Below, one piece after another: positions 17,532 through 25,548 of a stretch of DNA of 34,288 nt. Made by a program: the position numbers and the translations under genes. A model generated the notes under the pieces. It searched no databases, was not told the origin of the DNA, and saw only the letters and a program-made list of their open reading frames with translations. The DNA lies in the NCBI GenBank assembly GCA_964524105.1, contig CAZGBX010000002.1, positions 3,653 to 37,940 on the forward strand, read 5' to 3'. The stretch is from Candidatus Woesearchaeota archaeon. Lineage in GTDB: Archaea > Nanobdellota > Nanobdellia > SCGC-AAA011-G17 > GW2011-AR18. Each line of letters begins with the position of its first letter. Position 1 is the stretch's first letter.

Positions 17532-18827
17532 ATGAAATTCCTCTCTATAAAGGAAGCAATGAAAAAAGGGAAAGGAAAAGTCTCTATTAGAGGTTGGATC
17601 CACAGAGAAAGAGGATCTTCCAAATTCAAATTCATAGTTCTAAGAGATTTCACTAATATTATACAATGTGTAATAAAAGCAGACAAGTTTACTACAAAGA
17701 AGTTCAAAGAAGCAGATAAGTTACAAGTTGAAGCTTCAATGGAAGTAACAGGTACTATCAAAAAAGACAAAAGGGCACCAACAGGTTTTGAAATTGAAGT
17801 AAAAGAATTTAAAATCATTGGAGAATCAGAATCATTTCCTATTCAAAAGAATCAATCAAAAGAATTCTTAGCAGACAACAGACATTTATGGATAAGATCA
17901 AGAAAAATGCAAGCTATTTTAAAGATAAGATCAACAGTTTTCCAAGCATTCAGGGAATACTTCAACAAAGAAGGTTTCTTAGAACATCATTCTCCGATGT
18001 TCCAATCAACTCAATGCGAAGGAGGTTCAACTTTATTCAAGGTAGATTATTTTGGTAAACCATTATACTTAACACAAACATGGCAGCTTCACGCAGAAGC
18101 AACAATGTTTTCTTTAGGAAAGATCTATACTATTGCTCCTTCATTTAGAGCAGAAAAATCAAAAACATCTAGACATTTAACAGAATACTGGCACGCAGAA
18201 ATGGAAGTTCCTTTTTCAGACTTTAAAATGTTACAAGATTACGCAGAAGGTATGACTAAACATATTATCAAAACAGTTCTAAAAACTAACAAAGAAGAAC
18301 TAAAGATCTTAGAAAGAAACATAAAAAAGCTAGAACCAACAATAAAAAAGAAGTTCCCAAGAATAACTTACACAAAAGCATTAGAATTATTAGCAAAAAA
18401 GAAGAAAATGAAAGTTAAGTGGGGCAAAGATCTAAGAACAATTGAAGAAGATAAGCTAATGGAACTATACGATACTCCTGTTATTGTTACACATTACCCT
18501 AAGAAAGTTAAAGCATTCTACATGAAAGAAGATAAAAAAGACAAAAATGTCGTATTAGGGTTTGATATGTTGGGCCCAGAAGGTTATGGTGAACTAGTTG
18601 GAGCTTCACAAAGGGAAGAAGACATTAAAAAAATAATTTCTAACTTAAAATTACAAAAAGAAGACCCCAAAGATTACAAGTTTTACTTGGATACAAGAAG
18701 ATATGGTTCAATTCCCCATGGTGGTTTTGGTTTAGGTGTTGAAAGATTAGTAAGTTGGATTTGTGGATTAGAAAATATTAAAGAATCAATCGCATTTCCA
18801 CGAACAATGTTAAGATTTTCCCCGTAG
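17532..18827 (+). CDS. asnS: Asparagine--tRNA ligase
   Basis: RHLWIRS, EGGSTLF, FRAEKSKTSRHLTEYW, KAFYM, PEGYGELVGASQRE and PHGGFGLGVER. Confidence 0.93.
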   Translation: MKFLSIKEAMKKGKGKVSIRGWIHRERGSSKFKFIVLRDFTNIIQCVIKADKFTTKKFKEADKLQVEASMEVTGTIKKDKRAPTGFEIEVKEFKIIGESESFPIQKNQSKEFLADNRHLWIRSRKMQAILKIRSTVFQAFREYFNKEGFLEHHSPMFQSTQCEGGSTLFKVDYFGKPLYLTQTWQLHAEATMFSLGKIYTIAPSFRAEKSKTSRHLTEYWHAEMEVPFSDFKMLQDYAEGMTKHIIKTVLKTNKEELKILERNIKKLEPTIKKKFPRITYTKALELLAKKKKMKVKWGKDLRTIEEDKLMELYDTPVIVTHYPKKVKAFYMKEDKKDKNVVLGFDMLGPEGYGELVGASQREEDIKKIISNLKLQKEDPKDYKFYLDTRRYGSIPHGGFGLGVERLVSWICGLENIKESIAFPRTMLRFSP

Positions 18828-18952
18828 TTTTTTATTAAACAGTTTTTAATTTAGTTATGTTTAAACTAGTTAGAACAAAAAGAAACCTTTTTAAATACTT
18901 GAATCAAAAAAATAAGTATTATAATTGCGAAAAAAAAGGAGGTGAAAAACAA

Positions 18953-19168
18953 ATGGCAGTAAGAAGAAAAGTTAAAAGAAAAGTTAAGAGGAAAGTGAAG
19001 AGAAAAGTGAAGAGAAAGGTTAAGAGAAAAGTGAAGAGATAAGTGAAGAGAAAGGTTAAGAGAAAAGTTAAGAGAAAAGTTAAGAGAAAAGTTAAGAGAA
19101 AGGTTAAGAGAAAAGTTAAGAGAAAGACTGTAAAACGAAAAGTTAAGAGAAAGACTAGAAGGAGATAA
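18953..19168 (+). CDS. Protamine/histone-H1-like basic repeat microprotein (KVKR)n with one in-frame TAA at 19040-19042
   Basis: SD GGAGGTGA (18938-18945), TATA TTTAAATA near 18890, ATG at 18953; 12-bp unit varies mostly at synonymous positions; T-rich terminator after 19168. Confidence 0.75.
18968..19150 (+). repeat. 12-bp tandem repeat AARGTKAAGAGA, about 15 units
   Basis: Seen directly; 13 consecutive units, then a KTVKR variant and one more unit. Confidence 0.95.
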
Positions 19169-19201
19169 CTTCACAATTTAGCTTTCTTTTTTTTATTTTT
19201 T

Positions 19202-19366
19202 TTATTTTACTTTATATTTTTCAGAACTAAGCAACTGTTTATACTGATTTTCTAATGTTTTGTCCATTTTTGGGCCTGAATGCATTAATTTATAGATAAT
19301 ACCGAAAGCTATCAATAATAACCCTACAAATACCCATTCATTCGTGAATATCTCGTACATAAGCAT
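19202..19366 (-). CDS. Small single-pass membrane protein, 54 aa (absent from ORF track)
   Basis: MLMYEIFTNEWVFVGLLLIAFGIIYKLMHSGPKMDKTLENQYKQLLSSEKYKVK; fills the intergenic gap, with TTTATAAA about 25 nt upstream on the minus strand. Confidence 0.65.
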   Translation of the reverse strand: MLMYEIFTNEWVFVGLLLIAFGIIYKLMHSGPKMDKTLENQYKQLLSSEKYKVK

Positions 19367-19394
19367 GTGTAAATCTCTATCTATTTATAAAGCT

Positions 19395-19841
19395 TTATCT
19401 ATATTTCCGCTTAAATTCATTCAAAAGGGCATCAGAATCCATCATCATTGAATAATCATAAGTATCTAGCTTCTTAAAATCAATAAAAGCTAAGAATTTC
19501 TTCTGTCTTCTTTCATTCCAAGACTTAAACTCTTCAACAGTGCTACACATAAAAGAAGAATAACAATAATTACCACGGAAATCTTTTCTATTATTTACAG
19601 CAGGGTGCAATGGACAACCAACAGATCCATCTTTCAACTTACAAATATTTCTACACATCTTATACGGGTCTCCATTATCTTTGAATAGTGGCCCATGTCT
19701 CTCTCTAAACTTCTTAAGGTCTTCAAAATTCTTTAACTCTTTAGTATTAACTTCTACTTGTTCTATAATCTCTTCTTTTTTCTTTTCAAACTCTACCCCA
19801 CAACATCCAAAACATTTCGGACCATATCTACATAAGTTCAT
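19395..19841 (-). CDS. CxxCC Cys-cluster (YkgJ-like Zn/Fe-S) protein
   Basis: C...CFGCC, CRN, GCPLHP, YC...FMC; start moved to ATG 19841 behind a GAGGG SD-like sequence. Confidence 0.65.
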   Translation of the reverse strand: MNLCRYGPKCFGCCGVEFEKKKEEIIEQVEVNTKELKNFEDLKKFRERHGPLFKDNGDPYKMCRNICKLKDGSVGCPLHPAVNNRKDFRGNYCYSSFMCSTVEEFKSWNERRQKKFLAFIDFKKLDTYDYSMMMDSDALLNEFKRKYR

Positions 19842-19865
19842 AACCCTCAGAAAAAACAACTCCTA

Positions 19866-20621
19866 TTAAACACTTTCTAATAGGTACTTCTTCCAAACTT
19901 TAACAGCTTCAGCTCCAGTCTCTTCTACACTTTTAGAAGTATCAATGTAAACAACACTAGTCTCTTCATTCTTCAACATCTCTTTCAACACTCTGCTCTT
20001 ATACAACTTACTTAGTTCAGTAAGTGTTTTAATATCCTCGAAAATAGAATCATCCACTTTCTCTTTTCTCAATTCTTTCCTTCTAATCAAGTCAGCAGTA
20101 TCATCTACAATGTTAATACCCAACAATCCTGGCAAATAATAAGTCCACACAAAGTTATTTCCACTTATCTTAAGTATGTTCATCATTGCTCTAAAAGACG
20201 GCATCTTCATTTGGTGCGCTTGATAAACTAAACTTGATACTAGGCTTCTTGACCCTAACAACTTCATGTCTTTTCTATTTTCTAGTAAAGGCCCTAAGAA
20301 ATTCTCAAACAATACTCTTCTATCTAAAGCATAAGCCTCTGCAGTTGCAAGCCCAGTATAATCTCTTTTATTATTAGCAATTATCTCGCTTCTAATTACC
20401 CTTCCAAAAATGCACCACGTTGGCTCAGAATAAACAACTAATCCAATCTCTTCGGGTATTTCTTCTAAAGTTGGGTTGTGCCCGTGCTTCTTTTGATACT
20501 CATCTAGGTCAAATACTTTAGTCCCTCGACTTTTCTCAAACTCAATAATAGCATTTATTGCTGTACCTTTTCCACAAAAATCTACACCTTCAAATACAGC
20601 ATGCCTTTTCTTATAATTCAT
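19866..20621 (-). CDS. tmk: Thymidylate kinase-like protein
   Basis: P-loop FEGVDFCGKGT, SEPT, YALDR and SRSLVSSLVYQ. Confidence 0.8.
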   Translation of the reverse strand: MNYKKRHAVFEGVDFCGKGTAINAIIEFEKSRGTKVFDLDEYQKKHGHNPTLEEIPEEIGLVVYSEPTWCIFGRVIRSEIIANNKRDYTGLATAEAYALDRRVLFENFLGPLLENRKDMKLLGSRSLVSSLVYQAHQMKMPSFRAMMNILKISGNNFVWTYYLPGLLGINIVDDTADLIRRKELRKEKVDDSIFEDIKTLTELSKLYKSRVLKEMLKNEETSVVYIDTSKSVEETGAEAVKVWKKYLLESV

Positions 20622-20720
20622 TCTTAGAGTGGTTCCTTGGGTCCCAAGAAAAGTTCACCTCTTTGAAACTTATTGGGATGATTAAACTATATAAGCAATT
20701 CCTAATACAAAAATATGTAT

Positions 20721-20969
20721 TCAAATATTTCTTTTACAATATGTCAAAACAGCAAACAATCCAACACCCATTAATGCCAGAATCAACATTGCAATAGTGT
20801 TCCCTTGCCTAAAGTTAGCAGGATGAATTCCAGTCACAGACCCTGTTGTTTCAGAAAAATCCGCAGTCTCATTACTACTTTCATCAGTGATTGGCCCAAA
20901 AGTTGAATATGCACATACAAAACTAGATATTAATACTACCATTAAAATAAAGGTCACTACTCTTTTCAT
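20721..20969 (-). CDS. Small secreted/membrane protein
   Basis: Signal peptide, Ser/Thr-rich linker, C-terminal TM helix and basic tail. Confidence 0.6.
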   Translation of the reverse strand: MKRVVTFILMVVLISSFVCAYSTFGPITDESSNETADFSETTGSVTGIHPANFRQGNTIAMLILALMGVGLFAVLTYCKRNI

Positions 20970-21008
20970 CGTAGAGTAGTTTATACTAAAACATCTATTT
21001 AAACCTTA

Positions 21009-21872
21009 TTATATTGCAATAAGAATTGCACCAAAGATCATAATTACTGATGCTACTAATTTTCTTTTAAGATTATGTTCGTGGAAAAGTTCTCCACCAC
21101 CAATAACAGCGATAAGACTCCCTAATTTCTTTAACGCAAGGATTGGTGCTATTGATCCAAGAGTAATGGCAAACAACTGTGTCATTCTTAACAAGAAAGA
21201 TAAAAATGAAGATATTAACAACAAACCACCCACTCTCTTTGCTGATTTAATCATTGGCGCCATTCCTTCAGTCAAGCACGCCATAATAAAGAAGTTTGTC
21301 CATAAAAATATATTAACAAAGAAAAGGAAAGTTAATGGTGTCATTCCGTTATTAAGAACAAACTTATCCCCCACAGATCCAAAAGCATATAACAAAACAG
21401 AAATCATAGCAAGGTGTATATACTTATGTTTCTTTACCTTTTTAATAGCTTCTTTAAAGTTAGTAAAGTGTCTAGTCTCTAAGATGTACCCACCTAAAAT
21501 AAGAAGTAAAATCCCAAAGATCTGCAACATTGTAACTTTCTCAGCTAAGAATATAAAAGCAAATAACGCTACAAATAACGGCCCAAAGTTAAACAATGGC
21601 GCAACAGAAGATACTTCCCCCCTTTTCAAAGACCTCTCATATAAGTAAAACGCAGAAGCCCCAATCCAAGTTAAGAAATACAATACAATCAAATATTCTT
21701 TTTGAAAACTTAAATCAATAAAAGGGATTAACACCATTGCAATTATCATATTAAAGAAAGAATACAAGAAAGAATTTTCTAACGGGCTATCTTTCTTTAA
21801 TGTTTTCTTATGTATTAAACTAATTATTCCTGTCAGTACAGCCAACACCAGACCCAAGATTATCCAGTTCAT
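21009..21872 (-). CDS. EamA/DMT family transporter
   Basis: Two repeats of about 5 TM helices; GEVSSVAPL...FLAEKVT..QIFGILL motif. Confidence 0.9.
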   Translation of the reverse strand: MNWIILGLVLAVLTGIISLIHKKTLKKDSPLENSFLYSFFNMIIAMVLIPFIDLSFQKEYLIVLYFLTWIGASAFYLYERSLKRGEVSSVAPLFNFGPLFVALFAFIFLAEKVTMLQIFGILLLILGGYILETRHFTNFKEAIKKVKKHKYIHLAMISVLLYAFGSVGDKFVLNNGMTPLTFLFFVNIFLWTNFFIMACLTEGMAPMIKSAKRVGGLLLISSFLSFLLRMTQLFAITLGSIAPILALKKLGSLIAVIGGGELFHEHNLKRKLVASVIMIFGAILIAI

Positions 21873-22978
21873 AAGAATAAGTTAATTGCCCCCATAATAA
21901 ATAATAATAAGAATATTACTTTTAACCATATTGGTCCAGGTATAGAGAACTCTGGTTTTCTATTTCCTAACTTCTTAGCTCTAGAATGCATAATCATTAT
22001 ACATGCTAGCATAGTTGAAGTTCCAAGTATGGAAGTATATTCTATTATCTTAATGAAATCCCCTATCTCTAATAATATAATTGTCAACGGAACTATAATT
22101 ACAAAAACCCATGACTGCATATTCTTTAAGTTATAATCCTCAACATAAGAAGTTTTTAAAGCAAATCCCATTGCAACAAAAGAGGTTGCCATTACAAACA
22201 CTGCAAATATGTTTCCTACAAAATGTACTAAGCTACCTAATGCAGCCCCAAACCCTACAGTTGCAACTTGTGTTGTATCTAACCCATTGACTCCTATTAC
22301 AGCAGCAGAAAACAAGATATAAAGTAATGCTGGTATTGTTACCCCTAAGATTACCGTTCTTTTATAGAATTTCTTATCTTTTAGTTCCTTTTTCAGTTCA
22401 GGTATAACTAGTAACCCTGTTGATGCGAATAATATTACCCCGTAAGGTATAAACACTTTAGTCAAGTCAAAGCTCATAAGATTCTTAGAATTAAAAGCCA
22501 TTAAACTTGAAACACAAACAAAAGCAATAATTGCAATTATCCCTATTGTCGCTCCTGACTCAAACTTCTCAAAAGTCCTTATTCCAAAATAAAACACTAA
22601 AGATAATAGTAAAAAGAAAACTACAGAATTAAAGAAGCTACTACCCCCTACAATAGAAGTTATTGCATCTCCTGATCCATAAGAGTAAGCAACTAAGGCA
22701 CCCACTACAGTAAAAAACATTGTTAAGAACATAATAACTTTCCCTGTCTTTCCAAGATATTTCTCAGCAAGCCCAGTAACTTGGTGGTTACCTTTTGTTC
22801 TTAGAACAACTTCAGCAAGGTATAATGAAATTACAATTACTAATGCACATAAGAAGATTATATCTAATACTCCGGTAAAGAAACCAGCTTTAGAAACAAC
22901 ATAAGGGATTCCTAAAATTCCTGCACCGACTGTAGTTCCTACCATAGTAGCTACAGCACTCCAATACCCCTTTTTCAT
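21869..22978 (-). CDS. Aromatic amino acid permease (HAAAP/TyrP-like)
   Basis: GTTVGAGILGIPY, EVVLRT, PYGVILFA and ATSF; about 11 TM segments. Confidence 0.88.
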   Translation of the reverse strand: MKKGYWSAVATMVGTTVGAGILGIPYVVSKAGFFTGVLDIIFLCALVIVISLYLAEVVLRTKGNHQVTGLAEKYLGKTGKVIMFLTMFFTVVGALVAYSYGSGDAITSIVGGSSFFNSVVFFLLLSLVFYFGIRTFEKFESGATIGIIAIIAFVCVSSLMAFNSKNLMSFDLTKVFIPYGVILFASTGLLVIPELKKELKDKKFYKRTVILGVTIPALLYILFSAAVIGVNGLDTTQVATVGFGAALGSLVHFVGNIFAVFVMATSFVAMGFALKTSYVEDYNLKNMQSWVFVIIVPLTIILLEIGDFIKIIEYTSILGTSTMLACIMIMHSRAKKLGNRKPEFSIPGPIWLKVIFLLLFIMGAINLFL

Positions 22979-23060
22979 ATCTTAGTTTAAGAGGTTAAGT
23001 GTTTATTAAACTTGCTCTTTACGAAAGTGTTTTAAGTTTAATTTTATTTCAAAAATTTAT

Positions 23061-23135
23061 GGGCCCGTGGCGTAACCTGGATAGCGCGAATGCTTGCGGA
23101 GCATTAGGTTAGGGGTTCAAATCCCCTCTGGCCCG
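23061..23135 (+). tRNA. tRNA-Arg(GCG)
   Basis: Cloverleaf: anticodon arm AATGC-TTGCGGA-GCATT, T arm AGGGG-TTCAAAT-CCCCT, D-loop GGA (A20 Arg identity element); one acceptor-stem mismatch; CCA not encoded. Confidence 0.9.
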
Positions 23136-23139
23136 ACTC

Positions 23140-23898
23140 TTATGAATATGGAAGAATCAAAAGCACCCCCAATATTAAGCACAACATTATATTAAATGCA
23201 ATGAGCACTACGTCAACCCATCTTTTATTCGTTATGAATGTAATGATTAGTGGTACCAAAGGAAGTAATAGTAAGAACCACATGTTTCCATGAAGAATGG
23301 ACTCGAAATTTTTAGGGATATTGGTGATCCACAATGAAATAAGGGTTCCTAAGAAAATCAAAGCATAGTTTACTCCCCTTAGGAAACTTGGTTTGAAAAT
23401 TATTAAGGATAGAACAAACAGTGCCACAGGAATAAGTAGTTTCCCAACATACCAAATCCAGAAAGGATGAAAACCTATTAAAGTTGTACTATAAAAACAA
23501 TCACTCTTGCTTCTTGAGATACCATCTTCAACTATTTCCTCACATTTCTTATATAGGCTTTCTCTATTATTTCTTTCATCTACTTCTAAACACTTTTCTT
23601 CAAGTTCTTTTAAAGTTGGGGCATCCCCACTTGAATATTTAACATCTATGTATTCGGTTTTCTTTTTACACCCTTCCCATTTTGTACATTTTTCATAATT
23701 ACATAAAACAATGTTTACTTTTGGATCATCAACCTCTGGCAAACACATAATGGTCCTATGGTACCCTTCAAAATTAAGAGTTACAGGACATTCTCCAGTA
23801 ATTTCTTCTATATACGGTAACGATTTTTCTGCAGCAACAGGCACAAGACTAACACTAAAAAGAATCAAAATAACCAAGAAAATCTCTCTTTTCATCAC
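23140..23898 (-). CDS. Membrane protein with Cys-containing ectodomain and 4 C-terminal TM helices
   Basis: Signal peptide, 8 Cys in the N-terminal soluble region, hydrophobic C-terminus. Confidence 0.7.
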   Translation of the reverse strand: MMKREIFLVILILFSVSLVPVAAEKSLPYIEEITGECPVTLNFEGYHRTIMCLPEVDDPKVNIVLCNYEKCTKWEGCKKKTEYIDVKYSSGDAPTLKELEEKCLEVDERNNRESLYKKCEEIVEDGISRSKSDCFYSTTLIGFHPFWIWYVGKLLIPVALFVLSLIIFKPSFLRGVNYALIFLGTLISLWITNIPKNFESILHGNMWFLLLLPLVPLIITFITNKRWVDVVLIAFNIMLCLILGVLLILPYS

Positions 23899-23917
23899 TA
23901 ATTTAATCTTATTTCAA

Positions 23918-24466
23918 TTATTTAAGTCTTCTCATCACTTCTTTAACTATTGCTGGTTGATGTTTCTTCATACCTGGAAGAACTTTTTCTAATCCATACT
24001 TCTCTACTAACTTCACAGCAGAATCCACTAACTCTTTATCGATTTTAGGAAAATACTTCAACCTGTTTCTATGATAAATAATCTTAAACTTCCCTTCTTT
24101 CTCAAGTTTCTTCATGTATTTGCCCAAATCATTAATCTTAATCTCTTCGACAACTGGAACTTTTTTCTTTGACACATATTCTTCTTTCCAAAGATTCTTT
24201 TTCTGAGAAAAATACTTTTTATTCACTACATATATCGAACCTTGCTTACCTTCATAGTTTCTCTTGAAAACTCCCCTTTTCTTCTCACAAAAGTAAGGTT
24301 TACCTTTCAACCGCCCCCAAGATGCAACCAAAGATCCTCCTGGCCGATTAATAAAAATTGCAGCAAAAGCTTCACAAGAAACAGCATAAACATATTTTTT
24401 ATCATGCCCCCCATCAGATGGCACTAAGACCTTCAAGTTCCTTTTCTTAGATCCATGATATAACAT
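23918..24466 (-). CDS. Hypothetical protein, possible ADP-ribosyltransferase-like fold
   Basis: N-terminal LYHGS, YVYA, GSIYVV and EEYVS pattern resembling Arr/H-Y-E ART enzymes. Confidence 0.5.
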   Translation of the reverse strand: MLYHGSKKRNLKVLVPSDGGHDKKYVYAVSCEAFAAIFINRPGGSLVASWGRLKGKPYFCEKKRGVFKRNYEGKQGSIYVVNKKYFSQKKNLWKEEYVSKKKVPVVEEIKINDLGKYMKKLEKEGKFKIIYHRNRLKYFPKIDKELVDSAVKLVEKYGLEKVLPGMKKHQPAIVKEVMRRLK

Positions 24467-24485
24467 ATCATTATTAACACTAAAC

Positions 24486-24938
24486 TTATTTAAAAAACTT
24501 CTTCCAAAGAAGTATCAAGAATATAACTAGAAGTATAATCTTAGTAATATCACAATAAATACAAATTGTATCTAAGATAAAAAACTCAGCATAAGTAAGG
24601 TACGCACAAAACACAACAAAAACTAAAGTAGAATAAAAAAGAATATCAGAATAATATTTCTTCTTAATATTCCAAACCATATAAGGGATAAATAAAAACC
24701 CAATAGCACCCAAAAGAGCAACAGGAATTGGTAAATTAACATAAATCCCCCACTCATTCAAAATCCCATCAACAGTAGAATACATACTTCCTGTTGCAAT
24801 ATCACAATCCCCACCTATCAGGTCACACAACTTGTTCTCAGTTGGCACATAATGGCTATAAGTTAAGTAAACAGATAAAAGAAAAGCAATCAAAGACAAT
24901 ACATAAATAGTATTCTTAACGTTCCCACTTAATTTCAT
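24486..24938 (-). CDS. Vitamin K epoxide reductase (VKOR) family protein
   Basis: SVYLTYSH, loop CDLIGGDC...S.YS, PVALLG and active-site CIYC. Confidence 0.9.
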   Translation of the reverse strand: MKLSGNVKNTIYVLSLIAFLLSVYLTYSHYVPTENKLCDLIGGDCDIATGSMYSTVDGILNEWGIYVNLPIPVALLGAIGFLFIPYMVWNIKKKYYSDILFYSTLVFVVFCAYLTYAEFFILDTICIYCDITKIILLVIFLILLWKKFFK

Positions 24939-25000
24939 ATTCTTAAGCTACTTTAGAAGATATAAAAAGCTTTTTAAGTTCTCAGAAGACACAACTTTGT

Positions 25001-25074
25001 GGGCCCGTGGCGTAACCTGGATAGCGTAGCAGGCTTCGGACCTGTTGGTATCGGTTCAAATCCGGTCGGGCTCA
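25001..25074 (+). tRNA. tRNA-Arg(UCG)
   Basis: Acceptor GGGCCCG/CGGGCTC, anticodon arm GCAGG-CTTCGGA-CCTGT, T arm ATCGG-TTCAAAT-CCGGT. Confidence 0.92.
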
Positions 25075-25548
25075 TATCTCTTTAAAATCAACTTCAAGAT
25101 TTTGCTCAGGAAACTTATACCTCAATTTCAAATTCTCTCCTAACAAAGCACACTTTCTTCTCATCTCATCCATCTTCAATTTATTCCTTTCAACTTCTAA
25201 GTACTTCTGAATCTCATGAGTATGCACAGTCACAATCACAGTGGCCCTAGTAACTCTCTCAACTTTTCCTTCAGTATCAGGCTGATAAATCAAACTTACA
25301 TTAACATCAAAGAAATCTCTTTTAAACGCTCCAAGAGCAAAAGAAGCAAACACATGAATCTTATATGAAATTCCTAACTGGTCCCCAAACTTACTCTTCC
25401 AATCTAACTCTTTCTCTTCTTTTGTATGTACCCTCATACTTGGAGAAAAAGAATGCATTTTCCTCCTAATAGTATCTAACAAAGGATCAGCTAACAAAAA
25501 CAATTCTCCATAAACTTCCTCTGATGTTTTATGTTTTCTAATTGCCAT
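25072..25548 (-). CDS. Hypothetical protein
   Basis: 158-aa ORF overlapping the trxB stop; normal codon style. Confidence 0.65.
   Translation of the reverse strand: MAIRKHKTSEEVYGELFLLADPLLDTIRRKMHSFSPSMRVHTKEEKELDWKSKFGDQLGISYKIHVFASFALGAFKRDFFDVNVSLIYQPDTEGKVERVTRATVIVTVHTHEIQKYLEVERNKLKMDEMRRKCALLGENLKLRYKFPEQNLEVDFKEI

Noticed and set aside
18857-18952. ORF-track N-terminal extension of the basic protein
   Set aside because: It spans the TATA box and SD; ATG 18953 is the better start
18968-19150. CRISPR array or non-coding satellite
   Set aside because: 12-bp units have no spacers, variation is synonymous in one frame, and SD plus ATG are present, so it is a coding repeat
18866-19174. 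Minus-strand 102-aa (LNFS)n ORF
   Set aside because: Antisense shadow of the KVKR repeat; its changes are non-synonymous and it has no expression signals
23136-25000. Integrated provirus or integrative element at tRNA-Arg
   Set aside because: No integrase, no duplicated tRNA 3' end; both tRNAs are complete genes with different anticodons
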